Both the position numbers and the translations under genes were made by a program. Positions 29,235-39,715 of a DNA stretch of 64,000 nt are shown one piece after another. The stretch covers positions 96,001-160,000 of the forward strand of contig CAVXKA010000003.1 of assembly GCA_963762255.1 (NCBI GenBank), given 5' to 3'. Under the pieces are notes generated by a model. That model saw only the letters and a program-made list of their open reading frames with translations, was not told where the DNA came from and did no database searches. The stretch is from Candidatus Eiseniibacteriota bacterium. Lineage in GTDB: Bacteria; Eisenbacteria; RBG-16-71-46; JABDJR01. The number at the start of each line of letters is the position of its first letter. Position 1 is the stretch's first letter.

Positions 29235-29908
29235 TGCGCTCCGCCGCTCGGCGCCGCATCGAGCAGGACCTGGAGCGAGTCCGCCTTGGCCACGGCCATC
29301 TCCCGGATCCAGGGATTGGAACTGCGCTGCGATACTTCCCGCCATAGCGCGACCGCCATGCGCTGGTCCCCCGCGCGTTGCGCGGCGAACGCCGCGAAGC
29401 GGCTCGTGTACTCGGGAGCGTCGGGCAACGATGCGGCAAGCGTGAAGTAGCGGGCGGCCTCCCTCTGGTTCTCGAGGAAGACGTAGTTGGCGAACCCGTT
29501 CTCGAAAGCGACCTCCCACGATCGCGGGTTGGCGGCGAGACCTTTCTTCAGGAGTCGCTCCCCCTCCTCCGGTCTCCGGCCATCGGTGAACAGCACGTAC
29601 GAGCCGAACAGGTAGGGCTCCGTGAAGGAGGGATCCAGGTCGGTGACGATGTCGCAGAGGTGGTACATCATGTCGAATTCCCGGTCGCCGCGCCGATGCG
29701 CGCCGTAGTACTGAACGGTGCGCAGCCAAGTCCATGCGGCTGCGGCTTGATCGTAGCCCAGCGCGGCCTCTTTGAGAAACCGCCCCGAGGGGTAATAGAG
29801 CAACTCCTCGCGCTGCGTCCGGCTCGCCTGCGCGTGCGGTGACAACGCGGCGGCGGCGATGAGGAACACGGCACCGGCGAGGAGCCCCAAGGCCATGGCG
29901 CGGCGCAT
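29231..29908 (-). CDS. TPR-like protein of the pilin-associated ABC system (Geobacter XapA / Myxococcus PilG-like)
   Basis: N-terminal TM, WLRTVQYYG, VTDLDPSF, LLKKGLAANPRSW; adjacent to the ABC genes and pilA. Confidence 0.65.
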   Translation of the reverse strand: MRRAMALGLLAGAVFLIAAAALSPHAQASRTQREELLYYPSGRFLKEAALGYDQAAAAWTWLRTVQYYGAHRRGDREFDMMYHLCDIVTDLDPSFTEPYLFGSYVLFTDGRRPEEGERLLKKGLAANPRSWEVAFENGFANYVFLENQREAARYFTLAASLPDAPEYTSRFAAFAAQRAGDQRMAVALWREVSQRSSNPWIREMAVAKADSLQVLLDAAPSGGAQ

Positions 29909-30672
29909 CACCGAAACTCCCTCCGCCCGAAGATCACCGAGGCGGTGACCAGAAGGAAGGCCGTGTAGAGAAGCGCGTACCCCGCCGCCGAAGCCACTCG
30001 CTCCGGAGTCGGGCTCAGGCCGTAGGCGGCCTCGGCCCGCAGGTTGAAGGCGTCGAGATGGGGAAGGAGATAGTAGAAACCGCGGGCGAGGAAGGCCAGA
30101 GCGGCCGACGGGGCCTTCTCGGCGAAGCGGAGCAGATCGCCCGAGAAATGACCGAACACGAAGACGGCGAGCGTGAACACGCCGGCCAGAGCCGGTGACA
30201 CAAAGGTCGAGAACGCCACCACCACAGCGGTCATCACGGTGAGTTCGCCGAAGGTGAAGGCCGCGGCCCACAGCACCGCCGCCGGCACCGTTCCTTCGCG
30301 CAGCCAGATTACCGCGGCGAGAAGCGCCACCATGGCCACGAACACGAAGAGCACCATCCCCATCATCCCCAGGTACTTGCCGATCAGGAATTCCGGTCGG
30401 CGAACCGGCTTGGCCAGCACGGTGAGCACGGTGCGCCGGTCAATTTCCTTCTGCACCATCCCCGCGCCTACCAGCACGATGAGGATCACTCCCACGAGCG
30501 ACAGGGCGGCGAGGCCCAGGTCACGGACCACGCGAGGTCCCTCTCCCATGGCAAGCGGGGTCAGGATATAGGCGCCCCCGAGCACGACCGCCGCGTAGAG
30601 GAGGAGGATCCACTGCACGCGGTCCCGGCGGGCCTCGCGAAACGTGTTGAGCGCGATGGCGAGCGTTTTCAT
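29908..30672 (-). CDS. ABC transporter permease (PilI-like)
   Basis: IALNTFREARRDR, KEIDRRTVLTVLAKPVRRPEFLIGKYLG, C-terminal FGRREF. Confidence 0.85.
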   Translation of the reverse strand: MKTLAIALNTFREARRDRVQWILLLYAAVVLGGAYILTPLAMGEGPRVVRDLGLAALSLVGVILIVLVGAGMVQKEIDRRTVLTVLAKPVRRPEFLIGKYLGMMGMVLFVFVAMVALLAAVIWLREGTVPAAVLWAAAFTFGELTVMTAVVVAFSTFVSPALAGVFTLAVFVFGHFSGDLLRFAEKAPSAALAFLARGFYYLLPHLDAFNLRAEAAYGLSPTPERVASAAGYALLYTAFLLVTASVIFGRREFR

Positions 30673-31676
30673 GCCGCCCCCTTCCGCATCGCGACGGCGG
30701 TCCGATCCGCTTCGGCGCGAGCCCCGTCGAGTTCGGCGAAGAAGACATCCTCGAGGGAGACCCGCCGAGGTCGCACCGCGAGCAGCGACGCCCCCGACCG
30801 GATGATCTGCTGCACGCGCTCTTCCATCTCGTCCTGGGTCGCCGCGCCGACCAGCACGCGGTCGCCGCCTTGACGCGCAAGTCCCTGCTCCGACCAGGTC
30901 TCCCAGAGCGACGCCGGGAGTCCAGCCGCTTCGATCTCGAACCCCGCCTCCTCGATCCGCATGAGATCCCCCACCGCACCCACGCGCCGAAGCCTTCCCT
31001 CGACCAGGATCGCCACCCGGTCGCAGAGCGCCTCGACGTCCGGCAGGACGTGAGACGAGAAGATCACGGTCTTTCCCTCCTCCTTGAGAGCCAGGATGAG
31101 GTCGCGCACTTGCCGACGGCCCACCGGATCGAGCCCCGACATCGGCTCGTCGAGGATGATCAGCTCGGGGTCGTGCATGATGGCCTGCGCCAGCCCCACT
31201 CGTTGGAGCATCCCCTTCGAGAACTTGCGCAGCCGTCGCTTCTCGCCCGGGTCGAGCCCCACGCGATCGAGGGTAAGCGCGATGAGATCCCGGCGTCCGC
31301 GGCGGGGCAGGCCGTTCAGGGTGGCGGAGGTGTCCAGGAACTCCGGCGCGCTCAGGTAGTCGTAGAAATACGGGTTCTCGGGAAGAAACCCGAGGCGAGC
31401 GCGGGCACGGACGTCTCCCAGCGGACGGCCCAGGAGCATGCCGCTTCCGCCGCTGGGTTTGAGAAGGCCCAACGCGATCTTGAGCGCGGTGGACTTCCCC
31501 GCTCCGTTGGGACCGAGAAGGCCGAAGATCTCGCCACGGGATACGGAGAGGCTCACCTCGATGAGTGCATCATGGCGGCGTCCCCACGAGTCGCGGTAGG
31601 TCTTGGCCAGCCGATCCAGGGTGAGCACTTCGACGCTCTCCCGCCGGATCGTTGGCAAGGTAAGTGGTCGCACCAA
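30669..31676 (-). CDS. ABC transporter ATP-binding protein (PilH-like)
   Basis: [54 protein letters not shown]. Confidence 0.92.
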   Translation of the reverse strand: MVRPLTLPTIRRESVEVLTLDRLAKTYRDSWGRRHDALIEVSLSVSRGEIFGLLGPNGAGKSTALKIALGLLKPSGGSGMLLGRPLGDVRARARLGFLPENPYFYDYLSAPEFLDTSATLNGLPRRGRRDLIALTLDRVGLDPGEKRRLRKFSKGMLQRVGLAQAIMHDPELIILDEPMSGLDPVGRRQVRDLILALKEEGKTVIFSSHVLPDVEALCDRVAILVEGRLRRVGAVGDLMRIEEAGFEIEAAGLPASLWETWSEQGLARQGGDRVLVGAATQDEMEERVQQIIRSGASLLAVRPRRVSLEDVFFAELDGARAEADRTAVAMRKGAA

Positions 31677-31749
31677 AGCGGTTCCCTCCCCTCCATCTGG
31701 TGGTCGGCTCGGTTATCGGCTGAAACCAGCCGATCTTGAGCCGGCGGGC

Positions 31750-31785
31750 AAAAAAGAAGCGGCGGGACCCGAAGGTCCCGCCGCC
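31750..31785 (-). terminator. Rho-independent terminator after pilA
   Basis: Minus strand GCGGCGGGACC-TTCG-GGTCCCGCCGC followed by TTCTTTTTT. Confidence 0.9.
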
Positions 31786-31806
31786 AGCTTCGTCCCTGCT
31801 CCGGGA

Positions 31807-32217
31807 CTACGAGCCGTTCGTCAACGTGAGGGTCAGAAGCGCGTCCTTTCCGAACCCCTCGATCACGTACTGGCTGGTGGTGGCGGTGGAGAACCCGATT
31901 TCACCGGAGGCGGCGGGGGCGGCAGCCCAGTCCACCGCGGTCTCAGCGTTGGTGAAAGGGTTGTCCGGATAGTTGCCGTCCGGAAGGTTAGCTTCGACGT
32001 CAGCGGCGTCCGCCGCCAAAGGATAGGTGCCATCGTTCTGAACCGCGAAGTCTTCCACGCCGAGTTGGATCGTGTGCATGTTGGCCTTCACGCTGCCCTC
32101 ACGTGCACGGTCCTGCATGGAAATGAAGTTCGGGATGGCGATGGCCGCCAGGATGCCAATGATGACCACGACGATCATCAGCTCGATCAGGGTAAAACCC
32201 TTGGTGTTCCGCAGCAT
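31807..32217 (-). CDS. pilA: Major type IVa pilin
   Basis: MLRNTKG|FTLIELMIVVVIIGILAAIAIPNF; GGAGG RBS; own sigma54 promoter and terminator. Confidence 0.93.
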   Translation of the reverse strand: MLRNTKGFTLIELMIVVVIIGILAAIAIPNFISMQDRAREGSVKANMHTIQLGVEDFAVQNDGTYPLAADAADVEANLPDGNYPDNPFTNAETAVDWAAAPAASGEIGFSTATTSQYVIEGFGKDALLTLTLTNGS

Positions 32218-32325
32218 TGGATCAAACCTCCGTTTGCAGAAAAGGAACCGGTCTGTCAGATACTCTTGTTTTCGGCTTCGAGACCTCAAACTTGAGTTCG
32301 TCGCCGTCATCGGACACTCATATAA

Positions 32326-32340
32326 GCAGGTGCCGTGCCA
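32326..32340 (-). promoter_or_regulatory. Sigma54 promoter of pilA
   Basis: Minus strand TGGCAC-GGCAC-CTGC; IHF-like TAATCCATTGAC at 32368-32379; adjacent to pilR. Confidence 0.8.
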
Positions 32341-32510
32341 ACCGGCCGACTTGTTACAACAGCCGCATAATCCATTGACCATCAATACGATACAAGGCTG
32401 TCCCTCGTGAACCTGCCGCCCGCTTCCCGCCCCCGTCCGCAACTTCGCAGTGCGCGATGCAGGATGCCCATGCCCATTGCACGGTCTTGCAGGCTGCACG
32501 GAACCAACAG

Positions 32511-32540
32511 AAAGCCCCGCCGAGCGGAGCCCGGCGGGGC
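32511..32540 (-). terminator. Probable terminator after pilR
   Basis: Stem GCCCCGCCG/CGGCGGGGC followed by TTTCT on the minus strand. Confidence 0.55.
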
Positions 32541-32564
32541 GATACCTGTCGGTGAGCGCGGCCT

Positions 32565-33981
32565 TCAAGCCGCTGCGTCGAAGATCTCGTCCTCCGGCTC
32601 GCTGTCTCCCTCCCGGCCCTCGGGCAGGAGCCCCTGCAGCTTGTACGCCTGGAGCTTGCGATAGAGCGTCGACGCATTGATCCCCAGGATCTCGGATGCC
32701 CGTTTCTTCTGCCAGCTCGTGAAGTCGAGCACCTTGAGAATGTACTCGCGCTCCAACTCCTCGAGGGTCACGTCGGGGCGATCGATGACCAGGCTCCCCC
32801 GCGCCGCCTCGCCGCGCACGAGCTTCTCGGGAAGGTCGACGAGGTCGATGTCGTCTCCGTCGGAGAGGATCACCGCGCGCTCGATCACGTTCTCAAGCTC
32901 GCGCACGTTGCCGGGCCAGTGGTACCGAACGAGCGAGTCCACCGCCGCCTTGGTGAGGCGCTTCGGACCGTTAGGCCCCAGGAATCGCTTGAGGAAGTGG
33001 TCGGCCAGGACGGGGATGTCGTCGACGCGCTGCCGCAGCGAGGGGAGCCGGATCGGAATGACGTTCAACCGGTAGTAGAGATCGGTCCGGAACCGCCCCT
33101 CCCTCACCTCTCGTTCCAGATCCGAGTTCGTGGCCGCGACGAGGCGCACGTCGACCTTGATCGGCTTGGTGCCGCCCACCGGGATGATCTCCCGCTCCTG
33201 GAGCGCGCGTAGCAGCTTGACCTGCGTGGCGGGCTGCATCTCCCCCACCTCGTCGAGGAAGAAGGTTCCTCCCTCGGCCACCTGGAAGAGCCCCATCTGA
33301 TCCCGCACCGCCCCGGTGAACGAGCCCTTCACATGTCCGAAGAGATTCGACTCCAGGAGATCCTTGGGGAGCGCTCCGCAGTTGATCGACACGAACGAGC
33401 CGACGGACCGCCGGCTCCGGTAGTGGATCTCCCGGGCGATCAGTTCCTTCCCGGTGCCGGACTCCCCGAAGATCATGATCGTCGAATCGGTGTCCGCCAC
33501 CTTGTCCACCATCTTGAAAACCTGGGACATCTGCTCCGATTTCCCGATGATCTCCTTGGTGGAATGGGTCTTCTTGAGCTGCCGCTTCAGGATACGAGTT
33601 CTCGGTGCGCACCTTACGCAGCTCGACGGCGTTGCGCACGACGAGCTTGATCTCGTCGTTCTTGGCGTGCTTCTCCATATACTGGAACGCGCCGAGGTTC
33701 AGCGCCTCGATGGCCGATTTCTGCGATGCGTAGGCGGTAAGCACGATCACCGGCAGGGTCGCGTCGATCGCCTTCACCTGCTCGAGCAGGGCGATGCCGT
33801 CCATGCCGGGCATCTTGAGATCGGTGACCAGCACATCCGGCGCACATTCCCGGATCATGTCGAGGGCTTCGGGGCCCGAGGAAGCGGAGAGCACTTCGTA
33901 TCCCTCGCGGCGAAGCAGGGCGCCCAGGAACTGCACCATGCTCTGCTCGTCGTCCACCACCAGGATCTTCTCTTGCGCCAT
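32565..33981 (-). CDS. pilR: Sigma54-dependent response regulator PilR, split by a +1 frameshift near 33590-33600
   Basis: Receiver domain (KILVVDDE, TDLKMPGMDG) in one frame; AAA+ domain (GESGTGKE, GSFTGA, FLDEVGEM, WPGNVRELEN) and HTH in another. Total length is 3n+1. Confidence 0.88.
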
Positions 33982-34015
33982 TCTGTTCAGGTCCTTTCGT
34001 CGGCGTAGCCGACCC

Positions 34016-35620
34016 TCACGCCGCGGCAGAAACCAGGGACGGCTCCGCGGCCGGTTGCTGCAACTGCAGGCGAAAACGAGCGCCGCCGGACTTCGTTTCG
34101 AGAAGTTGCAGCTGCCCTTCATGTTCTTCGACGATGCGCGTCACGATCGCAAGCCCAAGACCGGTCCCCCCGGGCTTCGTGGTGAAAAACGGCTGAGCCA
34201 CACGGGACCGGAGCTCCGGCGGGATGCCGGGTCCGTCGTCCTCGACTTCGAGCCAACACTGCCCGCGGCCGGAGATGCCGGTGCGCAGGGTCACGCGCCC
34301 CGCCGGACCGGCCGCATCGACCGCATTGAGAGCCAGATTGCGCACCGCCTGACGGATCTGATCCGCGTCGGCCCACGCCTCGACCTCCGGCCCCTCCACG
34401 ATCACCTCCGCACCGGTCCGGCCGGAAAGCCTGAGATCCCCGACGATGTCGCCGGCCATTTCCTTGAGATCCACTCTTCCCAGGTGGAGGCTCTGCGAGC
34501 GTGTGTAGGACAGAAGAGCGCTGACGAAGCGCTCGACGTTTTCCATCTCGCGCTCGATCACCTCGAACAGCTTGGCCTGGTCGGAGTCGAGGGTCAGTTC
34601 CTGGGCCAGGATCTGCACCGACCCGCTGAGCGGCAGCACGCTGTTGCGAATCTCGTGGGCGATGCCCGCAGCCAGTTCGCCGACCGCGGCCAGCCGATCG
34701 CGCCGCCGGGCCAGGCTCTCCTGATGGCGAACGGCGGTGAGGTCCTGGAAGAGCGCCACCACCCCTGAAGGTTCGTTCTCTGCATCGAAGAGAATCGTCG
34801 TGCCCAGCCCCAGCGGAACGGTTCGCCCCCCGCATACCACATCGATCTCCGCCCGTCGCACGGGCTCGCGGGTGGAGAGGCTGCGCAGGATCGTCTGCAC
34901 CAGGGGCAAGAGGTCTGGAGGAAGCGCTCTGGCCGCCTCGTGACCGCGCACGTCGTCCGCACGGATCGCCAGCGTCTCCTCGGCGACGCGGTTCACGTGC
35001 ACCACGCCGCCGTTTCGGTCCACGCTCAAGAGGCCGCTGCCCAGGTTCTGCACGATGGTGTCGGTGTCCAGTCGCATGCGCTCCAACGCGCGCGATGCGT
35101 AGGCGAGCGCCCGCTCCCGCGACAGGATCAGCGAGCGCATGCGCTCGCTCACCCCGCCGAGAACGAGCACCAGGAGTCCCTCGATCACCACCCAGCCCAC
35201 GTCGATCTGGGGGTGCGGCAGGCCCTGCAGCGTCCCCACCAACGCAAGACCCGCCGTGAGGCTGAGGGCCAAGGCGAGCCAACCGCCGAGACAGAGTCCC
35301 GCCCCGAAGGCGACCAGCGGGAAGAGAAGCGAGAGGCCTACCTCGGCGCGCCCCGCCCCGACCACCGCGGCGGAGATCCACGCGACGTCGGCGACAAAGA
35401 GAATCGTCACCAGCGCGCGGCGGCGCCGCACCCACCACGTCAGCACCGCGGCCACCGAGGCGAGCCCCGCCGCTGCCACCATCAGGGTGGGCCAGCGGTA
35501 GTCCGGGCCGCCCGCGGCAACCAGAGCGCCTAGAAGGAGGGCCGCCCCCGCGCGCCACAGAATCAGCCACCCATGGCCCAGGTCCTGGTGCGGAAGAGAC
35601 GGAGATCGCTTAGTCGCCAC
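34016..35620 (-). CDS. pilS: Sensor histidine kinase PilS-like
   Basis: TM region, PAS domain, AHEIRN, NLALNA, DDGPGI, FFTTKPGGTGLGL; lies between pilC and pilR. Confidence 0.85.
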   Translation of the reverse strand: MATKRSPSLPHQDLGHGWLILWRAGAALLLGALVAAGGPDYRWPTLMVAAAGLASVAAVLTWWVRRRRALVTILFVADVAWISAAVVGAGRAEVGLSLLFPLVAFGAGLCLGGWLALALSLTAGLALVGTLQGLPHPQIDVGWVVIEGLLVLVLGGVSERMRSLILSRERALAYASRALERMRLDTDTIVQNLGSGLLSVDRNGGVVHVNRVAEETLAIRADDVRGHEAARALPPDLLPLVQTILRSLSTREPVRRAEIDVVCGGRTVPLGLGTTILFDAENEPSGVVALFQDLTAVRHQESLARRRDRLAAVGELAAGIAHEIRNSVLPLSGSVQILAQELTLDSDQAKLFEVIEREMENVERFVSALLSYTRSQSLHLGRVDLKEMAGDIVGDLRLSGRTGAEVIVEGPEVEAWADADQIRQAVRNLALNAVDAAGPAGRVTLRTGISGRGQCWLEVEDDGPGIPPELRSRVAQPFFTTKPGGTGLGLAIVTRIVEEHEGQLQLLETKSGGARFRLQLQQPAAEPSLVSAAA

Positions 35621-36830
35621 CGGCCACCACGGAGACGAGCTTGAACATCGGCATGTACATGGCAACCACCATACCGCCCACGACCAGACCCATCACGACG
35701 ATCATGATCGGTTCGATGATCGAGGTGAGGGTGTCGACCGCGGTGTTCACCTCGTCGTCGTAGAACGCCGCGATCTTGTTGAGCATCTCGTCCAGAGCGC
35801 CGGTCTCTTCTCCCACCGAGATCATCTGCACGACCATGGGGGGAAAGACCTTCGATTGCTTCAGCGGGGCGGCGATGGTCTCGCCTTCCCGGATGGAGCC
35901 CCGCGTTTCGAGGATGGCCTCTTCGATGATCTTGTTTCCCGAGGTCTGTGCGGTGATCTCCAGACCGTCGAGGATCGGCACGCCGGAAGAGATCAGGGTG
36001 CCGAGAGTGCGAGTGAATCGCGCGATGGACCCCTTGCGCAGCACGTCCCCCAGGACCGGAATGCGCAGCTTGAGGCGGTCGACGTTGCGCCGTCCGCCCT
36101 CCGTCGCCACGTAGCGCCGGTAGGCGAAGATGCACGCTGCGATCCCTGCGAGGAGGATATACCACGCGTTGCGCAGGAAATCCGAGAGGGTGAGCACGAC
36201 TTTCGTGGGCAAGGGCAAGTCCCCGCCGAAGTCGGTGAAGATCTTGGCGAACGTCGGAATGATGAAGAGGAGCATGAACACGGTGGCCACGATCGCCACC
36301 GTCGCCACCACCAGGGGATAGGTCATCGCGCTCTTGACCTTCCGCTTCAGGGCCTCCGCCTTCTCGATATAGGTGGCAAGCCTGAGCAGAATGTCGTCTA
36401 GCACGCCGCCCGCTTCGCCCGCTTCCACCATGTTCGTGAACAGCTTGTCGAAGACCTTCGGGTGCTTGCGCAGCGCCTCGGCGAGGGTGGCGCCGGCTTC
36501 CACCTCGTGCATCACGGCGACGATCACGCCTCGGAAGTTGGCGTTCTGAGCCTGCTGGCCGAGGATGTCCAGGCACTGCACCAGGGGCAGCCCGGCGTTG
36601 ATCATCGTGGCGAACTGGCGGGTGAAAATCGCCAGCTCCTTCGTCTTTACGCCGCTGGCGCCGGTGAAGCGGAGGCTGAGCGAGACCGACTTGGGCTTCT
36701 CGCGCACGAAGGTGGCGATGATTCGCTTCTTACGAAGCTGCGAGAGCACCTCGTCCTGGCTTCCCAGGGTGAGTTCGCCGGTCTGGACCTCTCCGGAGAG
36801 GGTCTTTCCTTTCCAGATGTACGTGGGCAC
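35610..36830 (-). CDS. pilC: Type IV pilus platform protein PilC
   Basis: FTRQFATMINAGLPL, AGEAGGVLD, KVKSAMTYP, VGEETGALDEML, IEPIMIV. Confidence 0.96.
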   Translation of the reverse strand: MPTYIWKGKTLSGEVQTGELTLGSQDEVLSQLRKKRIIATFVREKPKSVSLSLRFTGASGVKTKELAIFTRQFATMINAGLPLVQCLDILGQQAQNANFRGVIVAVMHEVEAGATLAEALRKHPKVFDKLFTNMVEAGEAGGVLDDILLRLATYIEKAEALKRKVKSAMTYPLVVATVAIVATVFMLLFIIPTFAKIFTDFGGDLPLPTKVVLTLSDFLRNAWYILLAGIAACIFAYRRYVATEGGRRNVDRLKLRIPVLGDVLRKGSIARFTRTLGTLISSGVPILDGLEITAQTSGNKIIEEAILETRGSIREGETIAAPLKQSKVFPPMVVQMISVGEETGALDEMLNKIAAFYDDEVNTAVDTLTSIIEPIMIVVMGLVVGGMVVAMYMPMFKLVSVVAGGD

Positions 36831-36850
36831 GATCTCCTCCTCTTGGCCGG

Positions 36851-38031
36851 TTAGGCCGCGGCCTTAAGCCCGCTCTTGGTGATCATCTGCGTGAGCTCCT
36901 GAGGGTCGAAGCTCCGGCCGATCGCCTCATCGAAGGTGATCGCCCGGTTGGCGTAGGCCGTGAACAGCGACTGGTTCATGGTCTGCATCCCCCACTTCTG
37001 CCCCGCCTGCATCAGGGTGTAGATCTGATGGGTCTTTCCCTCGCGGATGACCGCCTTGACCGCCGGCGTGCAAACCAGGATCTCCGGGATGAGCACGCGG
37101 CCGCCGCCGCGGGCCCTCGGCAGGAGCTGCTGCGCCACGATTCCCTCCAGCACGAAGGCGAGCTGGGTCAGCACTTGCTTCTGCTGCGTGGGGGGAAGAC
37201 GTCCACGATGCGGTTGACCGCCTCGAAGGTCGAGTTGGTGTGCAGGGTGGCGAACACGAGGTGCCCGGTCTCGGCGATGGTGAGGGCCGCCGCGATCGTC
37301 TCCAGATCCCGCATTTCGCCGAGCATGATCACGTCCGGATCCTGGCGCAGCACGTATTTCAGCGCGCTCGCGAAGCTCTCGGTGTCCGCGTTTACCTCGC
37401 GCTGGTTCACGATGCACTTCTTGTGCTGGTGCACGAACTCGATCGGATCCTCGATGGTCATGATGTGGGAACGCCGCTCATCGTTGATCAGGTTGATGAG
37501 CGCGGCCAGGGTGGTCGACTTGCCGCTGCCGGTCGGCCCGGTGATGAGCACCAGGCCCTTGGGCTTCTTGGCGAAGTCCACGATGGTCTTGGGAAGTTGA
37601 AGCTGTTCGACGGTCTGTACGCTGTAGGGAATCTGCCGAATCGCCATCGCCACCACGCCGCGCTGCAGAAAGAGGTTGGCGCGGAATCTGGACAGGCCGG
37701 GAATGCCGAACGACACGTCCAGCTCGCGGTGCATCTCGAACCGCTTGCGCTGGTCCTCGGTGAGCACGGAGTACGAGAGCTTCTCGCACAGTTCCGGTTT
37801 GAGCGGGGCGTACGCGCCGGGCAAGAGCTGTCCGTCCACCCGGAACATGGGCGGCATGCCCACGGTGAGGTGGAGGTCCGACGCCTTCTTGGCGATCGTC
37901 TCCTTGAGGAGATCGTGCATGTTGATGTGCGCCCGACCGCTCTGAGGACCCTCGGGGGAGCCGGGACCCGCCGGCCTCAAGCCCGGCTCTTCGGGTCGGG
38001 GGCTCGTGTTCGGATGTTCCGGGCTAGTCAT
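36851..38031 (-). CDS. pilT: Retraction ATPase PilT, split by a -1 frameshift in a 6-G run at 37190-37195
   Basis: ASDLHL, GPTGSGKSTT, TIEDPIE, LRQDPDVI, AETGHLVFATLHT; C-terminal IREGKTHQI..MQ...GMQTMNQSL is in another frame. Total length is 3n+2. Confidence 0.9.
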
Positions 38032-39715
38032 CTTGGGTCGTCTCCTTGAGGATTTCTTCCGCCGTGGTGATTCCGCTCTTGAGTTTCATGAGCGCATGGG
38101 CACGCAAGGTCAGCATGCCCTCCTGGATGGCGAGGCTGCGGATCTCGGAAGTCGGGGCTCGATCGAGGATGAGGTTGCGGATCGTCGGCGTGATCGGCAT
38201 GACCTCGTAGGCGCCCTCGCGGCCCTTGTAGCCGGTGTTGTTGCAGTCCACGCACCCCGTCCCCTCGTAGACCACGAGATCCTGCGCCTCCTCTTCGCTC
38301 AACCCCAGCTCTCCCAGCACCTCGGGGTGAAGCACGGTGGCCTGCTTGCAGTTCTTGCAGATCCGCCGGATGAGCCGCTGGGCCATGATGAGGTTCACGG
38401 AGGACGCGACCAGGAACGGCTCCACCCCCATGTCCACGAGACGGTTCAGCGTGCTGGGTGCGTCGTTGGTGTGCAGGGTGGAGAGCACAAGGTGGCCGGT
38501 GAGGGCGGCCTTCACCGCGATGGACGCGGTCTCGATGTCGCGGATCTCGCCGACCATGACGATATTCGGGTCCTGCCGCAGGAAGGCGCGCAGGGCGGCC
38601 GCGAAGGTGAGTCCGATCTCCTCGTTGATCATGACCTGGTTGATCCCCTCGAGGTTGTACTCGACGGGATCCTCGGCGGTCATGATGTTCACGGTCGGAC
38701 GGTTGACCTTGCTCAGCGCCGAGTAGAGGGTGGTGGTCTTGCCGCTTCCGGTGGGACCGGTCACCAGCATCATGCCGTAGGGCATCTCGACGGCGCGGAT
38801 CAGCTTCTTGAGCGACGACTCGTCGAACCCGAGCTTGGTGAGATCGATGTTGAGGTTCGACTTGTCCAAAATTCGCATCACGATCTTTTCGCCGAAAACC
38901 GTGGGCAGAGACGAGACGCGCAGGTCGATGTTCTTGTTGAGCATGCGCAGGCGGATGCGACCGTCCTGCGGGATCCGCCGCTCGGCGATATCGAGCTCGG
39001 CCATGATCTTGAGCCGGGAAAGCATGGCCGCCTTGAGCCGGTTGGGCGGGCTCATCATTTCGTAGAGAACGCCGTCGATGCGGAAGCGCACCCGGAGCGA
39101 GTGCTCGAAGGGTTCGATGTGGATGTCGCTGGCGCCCTTGCGAATGGCGTCGGCGAGGAGCGAGTTCACCAGCTTCACCACCGGCGCTTCCTCGGCCGTG
39201 ATCTCGCTCAGGTTGACCGCTTCGTCCTCGATGTTCTCGATGACCTCCACGTCGTCGTCCAACTGCTTCATGACGCTGGCCAGGGACTCGTGGGAATCGT
39301 AGAAGCGGTCGATCGCCTTCTTGACCGCTTCGTCCGAGGCGACGCAGGTCTCGACCTCGCATCCGGTGATGAACTTGATGTCGTCGAGCGCGAAGATGTT
39401 GGAGGGATTCACCATGACGACGGTGAGCTTGCGGCCGCTGCGACGGTAGGGCACGACCTGGAAGCGGCTCGCCACATCGGCGGGGATGAGCCGAATGACC
39501 GCCGGATCCACCTCGGCGGAGGCGATGTCCACCACCGGCGCTCCGTAGAACTTGGCCAGGAAGTCGTTCAGTTCATCCATGGTCAAGGCTCCGGCCTTGA
39601 CCAGATTGGACGCGAGCGACGTGCCGTTCGACTTGGACAGGCGCTCGGCGTCCAGGATGTGCTGCTTGGTGATCTTCTTGGCTTCGATGAGTCGCTGGTT
39701 GAGCGTGTCCTGCAA
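38024..39715 (-). CDS. pilB: Extension ATPase PilB
   Basis: ASDIHIEP, RIPQDGRI, GPTGSGKTTT, LRQDPNIVMVGEIRD, RRICKNC...GCVDC, GYKGR. TTG start after GGAGG. Confidence 0.96.
   Translation of the reverse strand: MQDTLNQRLIEAKKITKQHILDAERLSKSNGTSLASNLVKAGALTMDELNDFLAKFYGAPVVDIASAEVDPAVIRLIPADVASRFQVVPYRRSGRKLTVVMVNPSNIFALDDIKFITGCEVETCVASDEAVKKAIDRFYDSHESLASVMKQLDDDVEVIENIEDEAVNLSEITAEEAPVVKLVNSLLADAIRKGASDIHIEPFEHSLRVRFRIDGVLYEMMSPPNRLKAAMLSRLKIMAELDIAERRIPQDGRIRLRMLNKNIDLRVSSLPTVFGEKIVMRILDKSNLNIDLTKLGFDESSLKKLIRAVEMPYGMMLVTGPTGSGKTTTLYSALSKVNRPTVNIMTAEDPVEYNLEGINQVMINEEIGLTFAAALRAFLRQDPNIVMVGEIRDIETASIAVKAALTGHLVLSTLHTNDAPSTLNRLVDMGVEPFLVASSVNLIMAQRLIRRICKNCKQATVLHPEVLGELGLSEEEAQDLVVYEGTGCVDCNNTGYKGREGAYEVMPITPTIRNLILDRAPTSEIRSLAIQEGMLTLRAHALMKLKSGITTAEEILKETTQDD

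Noticed and set aside
31807-32217. PilA as an electrically conductive e-pilin (Geobacter-like N-terminus and ABC neighbours)
   Set aside because: Mature positions 27 and 32 are Met and Arg rather than aromatic, and there is a 25-residue gap with no Phe/Tyr/Trp between F24 and F50.
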